A DNA stretch of 64,000 nt from a candidate division WWE3 bacterium (GCA_013335095.1 JAAXWF010000002.1:261-64260), one strand, 5' to 3'. Positions 51,089 to 59,720 are shown, numbered from the stretch's first letter. Notes: generated from the letters alone by a model not told the origin. Program-made: numbers and translations.

Positions 51089-51225
51089 GCACATTTACAA
51101 AGATAAATACCACACTCAGAGGGACTATTAATGACAAGTAATATGCTCATTCATTAATTGTTTTTAATAGCCCCTTTGGGTGAAGCCGTTTTACGGCTTG
51201 TGGAAGTCTTTATCGGGAGGTGTCT
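51089..51225 (+). promoter_or_regulatory. structured 5' leader (boxA-like motif, long hairpin, short hairpin, SD)
   Basis: GCACATTTACAA; CACTCAGAGGGaCTATTAA/TTAATAGcCCCTTTGGGTG (51113-51182); AAGCCGT-ttt-ACGGCTT; GGGAGGT. Confidence 0.55.
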
Positions 51226-51597
51226 ATGACACGGGTTAACAGGTTGCGACTGGCCTCAACAGTCGCAGCAGCATTCATGGCCGCAACGCTGGCCTTGGTG
51301 CTGCTCGTTGGGAGCGGGTCGGAATACACCGCCCGCGTCGGATTCGTGGTTACCATTCTAACCATCGCGTTAGTGCCAACGGCGCTGACCGCGGTGGTCG
51401 CATGGGTGGTGCCGCCAGTGCGCGCGTCATGGCGCACCTGGTACGGCACAAGCTTCGGAGGAGCGATCCTTTCGTCGGTAGCCATGTCGTTTAAGGGGGA
51501 GCTCTATGCCCCGCAACGGCAGGTTATCGTCGAGCAGGTCGAGACTCCAGCTGAGCCCGCTGGTCCGGACCCAGGCTATACCGTCATCAGCTACTAA
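51226..51597 (+). CDS. small membrane protein (2-3 TMs) upstream of the Rho-like gene
   Basis: GGGAGGT-gtct-ATG; hydrophobic helices; 12 nt gap to the Rho-like ORF. Confidence 0.7.
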   Translation: MTRVNRLRLASTVAAAFMAATLALVLLVGSGSEYTARVGFVVTILTIALVPTALTAVVAWVVPPVRASWRTWYGTSFGGAILSSVAMSFKGELYAPQRQVIVEQVETPAEPAGPDPGYTVISY

Positions 51598-51609
51598 AGG
51601 GGGCTGACA

Positions 51610-53193
51610 ATGAGCCCCAATGACGGCCTCGGCCTTAAAACAGGACCAAAGATCCCCAAGGGACTCGAGATGGCGTACGTGGCCTGGAGCGAAGCATCGC
51701 CCCAGGTCATCACACGCAAACCCCTCGGCGAATGGCCTGCTCGGCCAGAAAGTGCTATTTGGTACGCGGTACAGCTGGTCGAGCACCCGCAGACCAAAGA
51801 TATGGTTAGAGTCGCAAACATACCAGCGGAGGTAATCCAACGGTATGGACTGCGACCAGGGGATGAGGTTTTCGTCAAGGTCTGTCGGGACCCGAGGCTG
51901 GCGGAGCAGGATCCAATCCTATCCATCGATCCAGCCAAAGGTAAAGTCATGGGTATTCCCAACACCCCAGTGATGGGTCACGCTCGGGCACGAGTTGACC
52001 GAGAGGTGCAGGAGTTCCCCTCAGGGTGGATTCCGACCTATCGGTCAGGCTTAATCGGGCGGGTACTCGATCTCATTGCGGCGATCTTCTACGGAAGCCG
52101 CATGAGCCTGTTCGCGCCTCCGAAGGTCGGTAAGACGACCTTTCTGACAGCGCTGGCCCAGGGCATCCTGCTCTGGATCATGTCGCTGCCGTGGGGCGAA
52201 CGTTCGAAGTACCGTATGGCCTTTTTAGGTGTCGATGAACGGCCCGAGGAAACTCGGTTCCCTTTCGTTGACACAGTCTTCCCGGCTCCGTACGATCGCT
52301 CGCCGCAGTTCAAGCTGAGGCTGGTGGAATTGTACGTAGAATGGGTGAAGCGGCAAATCGAGTCCGGAATTCACGTGATTTGCTTCGTGGATTCGTTGAC
52401 TCGGTTGGGCATGTTCTTTAACATGGTCGTCCAATCAACGGGTGGATCACTTTCGGGTGGTCTTTCCAAAGAGGCCTTCGACCAGGTTCGACGAGTGTAT
52501 GGCATGCACGGTCTCTATCCTCCTGAAAAAGGGATGGGATCGGCGACGTGCATCGCCACAGTACTCATCGAGACGGGGAATAAAGCCGATGACATCATTG
52601 CCGAACAGCTCAAAGGGGCAGGCAATACGGATGTCATGATGAGTCGCGGCCTTGCGACTCAGGAGCTCTACCCCGCCGTTGTTATGTACCAGGCTGGGGA
52701 TAACCGCGGGAAAAAAGAAGCGGAAAGCTCCACGCGCAGGATGCACGAAGAACTCGCGCCGTTCTTCGGCTATACGGCGGACGTGATGCGTCGAAAAATT
52801 GCGTACCTCCGCCGCTGGCTTGATCCGGAGGCAAAGATGGAGGAGCAGAACCGACGCATCGTCGCACTCGCCCGAGGGATCGAGGATCCCGGGCAGGTGT
52901 GGTCGGCAATTGACCCGGAAGACTTTGACGCATCAGCAGCCGAACTGGCTGGCATGTGCGTCGACGAAGACGGTCAATGGGACCGATCAGCACGGAACAC
53001 GGTCAAAATCGCGTTTAACGCGACGATCGCAGTTCTATTTGATCGGGATCCGACTTTACTCTTGGCGACATGCAAACAAACGCTGGCTAAATTGGCACAA
53101 GCTGAAAAGATCAGCCTAAATGATCTTAAGCAGATAGGCCGCCAGCTGATACAAGCAGCAGACGAATTGGCTGACGTCAAGGGCAAACGGTAA
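51610..53193 (+). CDS. rho: divergent transcription termination factor Rho homologue
   Basis: YGLRPGD, RVLDL, APPKVGKTT, DERPEE, VDSLTRL, LSGG, IATVLIETG, LKGAGN, YPAV and STRR are collinear with Rho motifs. Confidence 0.85.
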   Translation: MSPNDGLGLKTGPKIPKGLEMAYVAWSEASPQVITRKPLGEWPARPESAIWYAVQLVEHPQTKDMVRVANIPAEVIQRYGLRPGDEVFVKVCRDPRLAEQDPILSIDPAKGKVMGIPNTPVMGHARARVDREVQEFPSGWIPTYRSGLIGRVLDLIAAIFYGSRMSLFAPPKVGKTTFLTALAQGILLWIMSLPWGERSKYRMAFLGVDERPEETRFPFVDTVFPAPYDRSPQFKLRLVELYVEWVKRQIESGIHVICFVDSLTRLGMFFNMVVQSTGGSLSGGLSKEAFDQVRRVYGMHGLYPPEKGMGSATCIATVLIETGNKADDIIAEQLKGAGNTDVMMSRGLATQELYPAVVMYQAGDNRGKKEAESSTRRMHEELAPFFGYTADVMRRKIAYLRRWLDPEAKMEEQNRRIVALARGIEDPGQVWSAIDPEDFDASAAELAGMCVDEDGQWDRSARNTVKIAFNATIAVLFDRDPTLLLATCKQTLAKLAQAEKISLNDLKQIGRQLIQAADELADVKGKR

Positions 53194-53198
53194 GAAAC

Positions 53199-53229
53199 AC
53201 CTGTCGCAGCAGCAAACGCTGCGACAGGT
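53199..53229 (+). terminator. perfect 12-bp hairpin after the Rho-like gene
   Basis: ACCTGTCGCAGC-agcaaac-GCTGCGACAGGT followed by TACTATTTT. Confidence 0.65.
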
Positions 53230-53294
53230 TACTATTTTAATATTGTGGATTTAAAAAATCTGTTTTCTAACGGATTCTTTTAGTTCATAATGTC

Positions 53295-53412
53295 GCACAT
53301 TAAGAATATTGACTCACATGGGTCGGTTGTCATCATCATCGTTGGTGGTTACAACTGACCCATGTGGGTTGCCCTGGTTTAACCAGGGATGGAGTTCACA
53401 CCGGAGGGTCAT
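53295..53412 (+). promoter_or_regulatory. structured 5' leader (boxA-like motif, 20-bp hairpin, short hairpin, SD)
   Basis: GCACATTAAGAA; GACTCACATGGGTCGGTTGT/ACAACTGACCCATGTGGGTT (53311-53370); CCCTGGTT-t-AACCAGGG; GGAGG. Confidence 0.55.
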
Positions 53413-54693
53413 ATGACTCAGCGTTTCGGACTGTTCCGAGAGAGGGTGGGACCCGGCCTACGGATTGCTGGCTACGCAAGCCTGGCGATCCTGTGGATTG
53501 TCGGTCTGTTGGCCTGGATCAACGGCGCAGGAGGGGAGGGGCCGCTATTTGGCCTCATCGTCCTGCTCTGGCCCACCATCCTGATCGCCCAGCACGTATT
53601 TCTCCGGCCGAGTGTCGGGTCGTATGTGCGGGTTGCGATCTGGATAGGGATGATCATCGCGATGTACACCTACTGGCAGGACGGGGAGGAGATCCCCGGA
53701 TTGCTCATGGGCATCGTGATGGGGTGGCTACCGGCATTAGTCGGCCTTAAAACGATCTTCACGATCGTCGAAGACCGCTGGCCAGACACAACCGAGGCAG
53801 TCAGCGAAAAGATGACGAAGACCCGGACTTACTTCCAGACCACGTCTGGATGGGTCATGCCCGTCATCTTGCTCGTGATTCTCATCATCATCGGCCTAAT
53901 GGCGATCGGCGAGTGGTGGTACGGCCCCGCCGTACTAATCACTGTCTTCATGATGATGTGGTCGGCGAACTGGATCATCTCGCTGACCTGGGTACCCAAA
54001 CGGGGACGCGACGTCCGGCCGGGAGAGGTCTACTACTACGAACGGCCGTACTGGCCGGGGTGGTGGGACCTGTACAAACAGCGCTGCTTTCCGGCGATCT
54101 GGGGCTCAAGGGAAAAAGAGGGAATGCCGCTGCAAGGCGGAATCCTCGGAATCTCTAGGGCACTGGGCTGGATCGCGCTAAACACCGGATGGGGTATCAT
54201 CCCCTTCGGGGTGCTGTGGCTGATCTCAATGGTCATCCTGGTACCGCTGTCGGCAGTGATCCTGCTGTTGCTCCTTGTGGTCTATACCCGGATTCACCTC
54301 CGGGAAGTGCGGATGATCACGACGGACGACAATGTCACCGTCTATATCTGCCGCGCATCGATCCATTGGTTCTGGGGGGTGTCGACTGAAGTTGTCTCGG
54401 CGCCAGGCAAGGACCTGAACGCCAGCCACTTCATGTCTCACCAGGACGGTCTAGGGCGTTACTGCCACTACGATCCGTCCGCCCTCAGAATTGGCTCCAC
54501 GGCTGAGGATCCCATCGGTCACACGATGTGGATGCTCGATGTGGCTAGGGTTGGGGACACCCATGTGAATGGCCCTCTGTTCAAGTACAACTTGGACAGG
54601 CGGGCGGCGTGGGTTAAGACCCCGCCGAACAACAGAGTCGAGCAGACCGCGGTGTTCGCCGTCAGGGACCGAGACGACGTCTCGGCCAACTGA
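53413..54693 (+). CDS. polytopic membrane protein with possible C-terminal bacterial PH-like domain
   Basis: About 8 TMs, then a soluble tail with QDGLGRYCHY...LRIGSTAE; GGAGG SD. Confidence 0.7.
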   Translation: MTQRFGLFRERVGPGLRIAGYASLAILWIVGLLAWINGAGGEGPLFGLIVLLWPTILIAQHVFLRPSVGSYVRVAIWIGMIIAMYTYWQDGEEIPGLLMGIVMGWLPALVGLKTIFTIVEDRWPDTTEAVSEKMTKTRTYFQTTSGWVMPVILLVILIIIGLMAIGEWWYGPAVLITVFMMMWSANWIISLTWVPKRGRDVRPGEVYYYERPYWPGWWDLYKQRCFPAIWGSREKEGMPLQGGILGISRALGWIALNTGWGIIPFGVLWLISMVILVPLSAVILLLLLVVYTRIHLREVRMITTDDNVTVYICRASIHWFWGVSTEVVSAPGKDLNASHFMSHQDGLGRYCHYDPSALRIGSTAEDPIGHTMWMLDVARVGDTHVNGPLFKYNLDRRAAWVKTPPNNRVEQTAVFAVRDRDDVSAN

Positions 54694-54705
54694 CATATAT
54701 TGGAT

Positions 54706-54736
54706 GGGAGAGAGGCGACTCTCTCCCTTTTTTTTT
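54706..54736 (+). terminator. intrinsic terminator
   Basis: GGGAGAGAG-gcga-CTCTCTCCC followed by T9. Confidence 0.88.
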
Positions 54737-54752
54737 ATCTAAGGAGGAGCCA

Positions 54753-56636
54753 GTGGACATTCGCCTGGCATATCTAGGAATCGCCCTGCTCGCCATGTTG
54801 TGTGCTTGTGGCGAAGACCCGAGGGTCCGCGATCAGCGGCTATTCGACGAGTGGTGCCAACAGCAAAAGGCGCCAGTCGTTAAGATCGAAGTTCGTGACA
54901 TGATGGAGCAGTCTGCTCAGCTGGTCACGACCGTTCCGGATGGATTAACAGGCACCGTGTCATTCGGACCTGTTAATACCGAGATTTGGGCGACCCCGCC
55001 GTTTTCTGTCACCGGGAGCTTTAGTCAGGTGATGAATCTGACAAACATTCCCGATGGACATTACTGGGCGTTCCTCGAGGTAACGAAGGAATACTTCGCC
55101 CCCGAAGGGAAGTTCCAGTACGATTGGGGCGCTTGCCGACAAACCGGAAGGGCGACCGCCGACCTAATCGTCGACCGGGCGCCGCCGAAGGCCGAAATAA
55201 CTGCCAAGCTGCTGGATCAAAGCAGCTTCGAGCTCGTTATTACGGCGTTTGATCTGTCGGGGATCAAGTCGATTGCCTTAACTGGCGTCGATTATCAGAT
55301 CGCACCGAATCAGTTGTTGGTGCTTGGACCGGTGACGTTCCCGATCTCATACACCAAGGTGTACGATCGAAACATCGTCATCACCATGACCGACAACAGA
55401 GGGCATAATTGGTCAGGCTTCGCCTTAGTGCCTCTCCAGCCTAATCGCTGGGAGTTACGGAGCGTAAGTCCCTGGCACCTGTGGGGATTCTCACGGGAGG
55501 AGGGTAACCTGATCGGTGTCGCGCCATACAGTAAGGAAGCTCCGACAATGCCCCTCTGGGGGTATGGCTGGGGACGTGAATGGCGACAGATCGATCAGAA
55601 CCGGGAAACTGGTAAGAGAGCTTCAACCAATCCAATCTACTATGTGGTAATTGGAGCTCTACTCGCGGTGCTGGTCTCGCTCGTGATCGTCCGAAGGTAT
55701 GCCCTTCATGTTCATAATCGGCTGGTCCGGATTAATGAGCAAAGGGAACCCTGGAGACAAAAAATGGGCGAAATGCGCGAGGCTATCGCTCAGCGCCAGT
55801 GGTCGAGTGCTCGGCAGCTCTACCATGAGCTGTTAGCTGATTGGCAGGTTATGGCGACCGAAGAGGACAATTCCTGGTTTGACCAGGTGCGTACTCAGAT
55901 GAGCCAGGGCCTGATCAACGACGACAAGCATGGCCAACGCGCGGCCAGGGCAATAATCCAGGGAGACTGGACCAATGCCTTTAGGGCAATTCAGGCAATG
56001 CCTGCAGATTGGGCTGGAAGGTTCAATCGCAACGACTTGCTTGAAGAGATCGCGTTAACCGCCTTACGAGATTCGTTATGGGCGGTTGCCTACCGAGCAA
56101 TGAACGCTTTGCCAGCAGAATGGACTCATGGAGAGTTCACCAGGCAGGCAGCGTTGGAGCGGATTGCCGGTCAATGGGCAGAGCAGAGAATCGTCGAGTG
56201 GCATTCGCGCTGCTACGACTTCGCCTCATTGGCGAAAGATGAGTCACCCGATGCGGTGCTCACCTTATTCTCGGCCTTGAGAGATAAACTGTCGTACTAC
56301 CACGTCCTGGGCTTCACCTCGGAAGAGGAAGCGAAGCCAGATGAGATCTCAATCACCGAGATCGGTAGACGATGGTCGCTGCTGATGGCCTTCTTCGCCC
56401 CCGAGCAAACACAGGACGGGGTGAACGAAGACCAGATAGCACGAGCGCGACTGTATTTTAACCTCGACCGAGAGGTGCCTGATTCAGTCGTGGCGGCAAT
56501 GATCCTAAGGGAGCCGTGGCCAACGATCGAGTTGGCTTATGCCCTCCTGAAAGATCAGGAACGAAAGTTGGAGTATGATGAGGTATTGATGCACGCCCGG
56601 ACACCACGGGCGGCAACCACGCAGGCGACTGCGTAA
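54753..56636 (+). CDS. lipoprotein-signal/Ig-like/TM/helical-repeat protein with degenerate C-terminal J-domain
   Basis: AAGGAGG SD with GTG start; LCAC lipobox-like; VDRAPP Ig motif; TM; SYYHVLG...APE...IELAYALLKDQERKLEYD. Confidence 0.75.
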   Translation: MDIRLAYLGIALLAMLCACGEDPRVRDQRLFDEWCQQQKAPVVKIEVRDMMEQSAQLVTTVPDGLTGTVSFGPVNTEIWATPPFSVTGSFSQVMNLTNIPDGHYWAFLEVTKEYFAPEGKFQYDWGACRQTGRATADLIVDRAPPKAEITAKLLDQSSFELVITAFDLSGIKSIALTGVDYQIAPNQLLVLGPVTFPISYTKVYDRNIVITMTDNRGHNWSGFALVPLQPNRWELRSVSPWHLWGFSREEGNLIGVAPYSKEAPTMPLWGYGWGREWRQIDQNRETGKRASTNPIYYVVIGALLAVLVSLVIVRRYALHVHNRLVRINEQREPWRQKMGEMREAIAQRQWSSARQLYHELLADWQVMATEEDNSWFDQVRTQMSQGLINDDKHGQRAARAIIQGDWTNAFRAIQAMPADWAGRFNRNDLLEEIALTALRDSLWAVAYRAMNALPAEWTHGEFTRQAALERIAGQWAEQRIVEWHSRCYDFASLAKDESPDAVLTLFSALRDKLSYYHVLGFTSEEEAKPDEISITEIGRRWSLLMAFFAPEQTQDGVNEDQIARARLYFNLDREVPDSVVAAMILREPWPTIELAYALLKDQERKLEYDEVLMHARTPRAATTQATA

Positions 56637-56660
56637 AATACTAAGGTCATACATCAAACC

Positions 56661-56688
56661 GGCCACTGGGAAACCAGTGGCCTTTTTT
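56661..56688 (+). terminator. intrinsic terminator
   Basis: GGCCACTGG-gaaa-CCAGTGGCC followed by T6. Confidence 0.9.
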
Positions 56689-56814
56689 ATATAATTAACG
56701 TTTAAACGATGTCGTAAGATTGTAAGAATTTTTCGAGATCGCTTAAGACGCCGATCAACCACGCCCCTTAAATTTAGCCCTCGGGCCGGGCAGTCTAGCG
56801 CAAGGAGGTTGACC

Positions 56815-57453
56815 ATGATTGGTCAATCATTAACGCAGGCAAACGCAGTTCCACCTACGCCGCCGCGATGGAGGTGCCACCATGAATGGATGGCAACACT
56901 TGGACTCAAAACACCACCGGGATTATTTCAGCCGCATCCTGAAATTGCTGGACTGGTGTTTTTGCAGGTAATCAGACCTTATCGAGGGAGTTCAATTATC
57001 GAGTACATCGATATTGAAGAGTTCGCCGAATTAGGCGGACATATTCCATCAATGAGGCCAATCCATCAGTTGGGAGTATATCTCTCCCGGCTCTATCGAA
57101 TGGAGCGCCTCTTGGCACTCGAGCTAAGATCCATGGGAGTGGACGTGTACGTTCGCCCCGAAGGAGAAAGTTGGGCACAGTCTGATTTGGAGCAGATCGC
57201 ACATCAGGCGGCCGTGAACAACGGTATCATCGCCGTGTACCGCGACCAGCTCACCGCGACCTCAGCCGCGATCAATCATTTAACCCGGCTCCATGAAGTC
57301 GGTCAGTTGGCCCTGCTAAACAGCTGTCCCGGACAAAACGGCACAACCGATGCCTGTGGACAGGACATAATGGAACGCCGAATGGTTCATCCACCGGCGA
57401 TATTATGCACCGCCTGCCAGAGTCGACTGGATAGACCCCAGGTTCGCAGTTAA
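56815..57453 (+). CDS. DksA/TraR-like C4 zinc-finger protein (divergent)
   Basis: AAGGAGGT SD; helical region then C-x9-CGQDIMERRMVHPPAILCTACQ. Confidence 0.68.
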   Translation: MIGQSLTQANAVPPTPPRWRCHHEWMATLGLKTPPGLFQPHPEIAGLVFLQVIRPYRGSSIIEYIDIEEFAELGGHIPSMRPIHQLGVYLSRLYRMERLLALELRSMGVDVYVRPEGESWAQSDLEQIAHQAAVNNGIIAVYRDQLTATSAAINHLTRLHEVGQLALLNSCPGQNGTTDACGQDIMERRMVHPPAILCTACQSRLDRPQVRS

Positions 57454-57459
57454 CAAATC

Positions 57460-57492
57460 CGGGAAGGAGAGGATTATTTCCTCACCTTCCCG
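57460..57492 (+). terminator. hairpin after DksA-like gene
   Basis: CGGGAAGGaGAGGA-ttatt-TCCTCaCCTTCCCG then ATATCTTTTCTT. Confidence 0.65.
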
Positions 57493-57559
57493 ATATCTTT
57501 TCTTCAAGTAGACAAATGTCAGCTTTAACTTGTCCTTTTTTTCGCGATATAATGCATAA

Positions 57560-59695
57560 ATGAATACATTCAAATTAAAATCTAATTATCGACCAACCGG
57601 CGATCAACCGAAGGCAATAGAACAACTCACCGCCGGTGGTGCAGATGGTATGAAACATCAATTATTACTTGGGGTAACGGGCTCAGGAAAAACGTTCTCA
57701 GTAGCAAATGTGATCGCAAATTTAAATCGCCCAACATTAATCATCTCCCACAATAAGACCTTGGCAGCCCAACTGTATCAGGAGTACAAAGAGTTCTTTC
57801 CTGATAATGCAGTTGAATATTTTGTCTCTTATTACGATTATTATCAGCCTGAGGCATACCTTCCCCAGACCGATACGTATATCGAAAAGGATGCCGCAAT
57901 TAACGAAGATATCGATAAGCTTCGGCTTGCAGCAACAACATCACTGCTTACCCGAAATGACGTAATAGTTGTGGCGAGTGTGAGTTGTATCTATAACCTA
58001 GGATCACCGGTTGAATACAAAGAATCTAATCTACGATTAATGATCGGCATGCCTATTCGCTATAACGATTTATTAATTCGATTGACACAACTGTTCTACG
58101 TTCGATCAGATTTTGAATTTAAGCGTGGAACGTTTCGCGTAAGCGGTGACATTGTCGATATATACCCAGCTTATATGGATTTTGCCGTAAGAATCGAGAT
58201 TTTAGATAATATTCTCAGTTCGATTCGATTTTTTGATCCAATTACCGGTAAAACGCTAACCGAAGAGACAGTACTCAGAGCCGAAAAAGGAACCTTCTCC
58301 CGAGAATACACACCAGAAGAAATTCAAAAAATGAGCGAAATGAAGCTCCATGGCTCATTCACTTTGTATCCAGCCAAACACTATGTAACAAATAAAGATC
58401 AACGGCCACAGGCGATCAAGCAAATACGTGAGGATTTGGCCCAACAAATAGAAGAACTGAATCAACAAGGCAAGGTCATGGAATCATATCGATTAAGCCA
58501 AAAAACAAATTATGATTTAGAACTTCTAGAAGAATTAGGCTACTGTAAAGGAATTGAAAACTACTCACGGTATTTTGATGGGCGAAAGCCCGGTGATCCG
58601 CCTTATTCTCTTTTGGATTTTTTCCCTGAAGATTATTTAACCGTTATTGATGAGTCGCATATCACGATCCCGCAAATTAATGGAATGTTTAACGGCGATC
58701 GAGCAAGAAAAGAAACCTTGATTGATTTTGGATTTCGTTTACCCAGTGCGCTTGATAACCGACCACTGCGATTTGAAGAATTCCTGGGTAAAAGTAATCA
58801 AATACTCTATACGAGTGCGACTCCTAATCCATGGGAAACGAATCAGTCCGTGCAAGAATTCCAACGAATTAAGTCTCGACCGGCAATGAGTGTATATCCA
58901 AAGACCGGTATTGTGGAGCAGTTAATTCGTCCAACTGGTATAACCGATCCTGAAATACAAGTCCGGGGAAGCCGCGACCAAATCCAGAATCTTTTAAGTG
59001 AAATCCGCGTACGTATAAAACGTAAAGAGCGTGTATTGATCACCACACTAACAAAAAGAATGGCCGAAGATTTATCAAATTATCTAAAAGAACAGGAAAT
59101 AAGCGTGCAATATCTTCATGCCGATATCGACACATTAGAAAGGACCGATATCCTCGATGACCTTCGTAAAGGGACCTATGATGTTGTTGTTGGAATCAAT
59201 TTACTGCGTGAAGGTTTAGATCTACCCGAAGTTTCATTAGTTGCGATTCTTGATGCTGATAAAGAAGGATTTCTACGCTCAGAAAGTTCACTCATTCAAA
59301 CTATGGGACGAGCCGCCCGCCATATTGAAGGAAAAGTAATTCTCTATGCCGATACCATAACGAAGAGCATGCAAAAGGCGATGGATGAAGTAAATCGCCG
59401 TCGAAAGCTTCAACAAGAATACAACGAATTACATAACATAACACCGACGTCGATCGATAAGCCAATTAGAGAAAAACTAATTGAGCGGACAAACAAAAAC
59501 GAAGTTAAAAATTACCGCAAAGAGCCAATATTAAACGACAAAGATACCTTCAGAGGAGATAAAGACGCGTTAATCGAGGCCCTTCAACAAGAAATGAAAA
59601 AGGCAGCCCAAAATTTAGAGTTTGAACGCGCCGCAATGCTCCGTGATCGTATCGACAAGCTGAATAAAGGATCAAGACCAGACTATTTACGTTGA
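57560..59695 (+). CDS. uvrB: excinuclease ABC subunit B
   Basis: PTGDQP, GVTGSGKT, YYDYYQPEAY, IDESH, NLLREGLD and C-terminal UVR domain. Confidence 0.98.
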   Translation: MNTFKLKSNYRPTGDQPKAIEQLTAGGADGMKHQLLLGVTGSGKTFSVANVIANLNRPTLIISHNKTLAAQLYQEYKEFFPDNAVEYFVSYYDYYQPEAYLPQTDTYIEKDAAINEDIDKLRLAATTSLLTRNDVIVVASVSCIYNLGSPVEYKESNLRLMIGMPIRYNDLLIRLTQLFYVRSDFEFKRGTFRVSGDIVDIYPAYMDFAVRIEILDNILSSIRFFDPITGKTLTEETVLRAEKGTFSREYTPEEIQKMSEMKLHGSFTLYPAKHYVTNKDQRPQAIKQIREDLAQQIEELNQQGKVMESYRLSQKTNYDLELLEELGYCKGIENYSRYFDGRKPGDPPYSLLDFFPEDYLTVIDESHITIPQINGMFNGDRARKETLIDFGFRLPSALDNRPLRFEEFLGKSNQILYTSATPNPWETNQSVQEFQRIKSRPAMSVYPKTGIVEQLIRPTGITDPEIQVRGSRDQIQNLLSEIRVRIKRKERVLITTLTKRMAEDLSNYLKEQEISVQYLHADIDTLERTDILDDLRKGTYDVVVGINLLREGLDLPEVSLVAILDADKEGFLRSESSLIQTMGRAARHIEGKVILYADTITKSMQKAMDEVNRRRKLQQEYNELHNITPTSIDKPIREKLIERTNKNEVKNYRKEPILNDKDTFRGDKDALIEALQQEMKKAAQNLEFERAAMLRDRIDKLNKGSRPDYLR

Positions 59696-59720
59696 CTCTA
59701 TTCATTTCGTGATCTATAAT
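59692..59720 (+). promoter_or_regulatory. sigma70-type promoter overlapping the uvrB stop codon
   Basis: TTGACT-17 nt-TATAAT. Confidence 0.7.

Noticed and set aside
51610-53193. F1-ATPase beta or type III secretion ATPase instead of Rho
   Set aside because: PPKxGKT, DERPEE, LxGG, KGxGN and LRxGD are Rho-specific; the F1/T3SS motifs GERxRE and DDxxDP are absent.
49604-57492. Integron cassette array (gene + hairpin units)
   Set aside because: The 3' hairpins are short, unrelated in sequence and lack consistent RYYYAAC/GTTRRRY ends; the genes carry their own promoters or leaders and no IntI is present.
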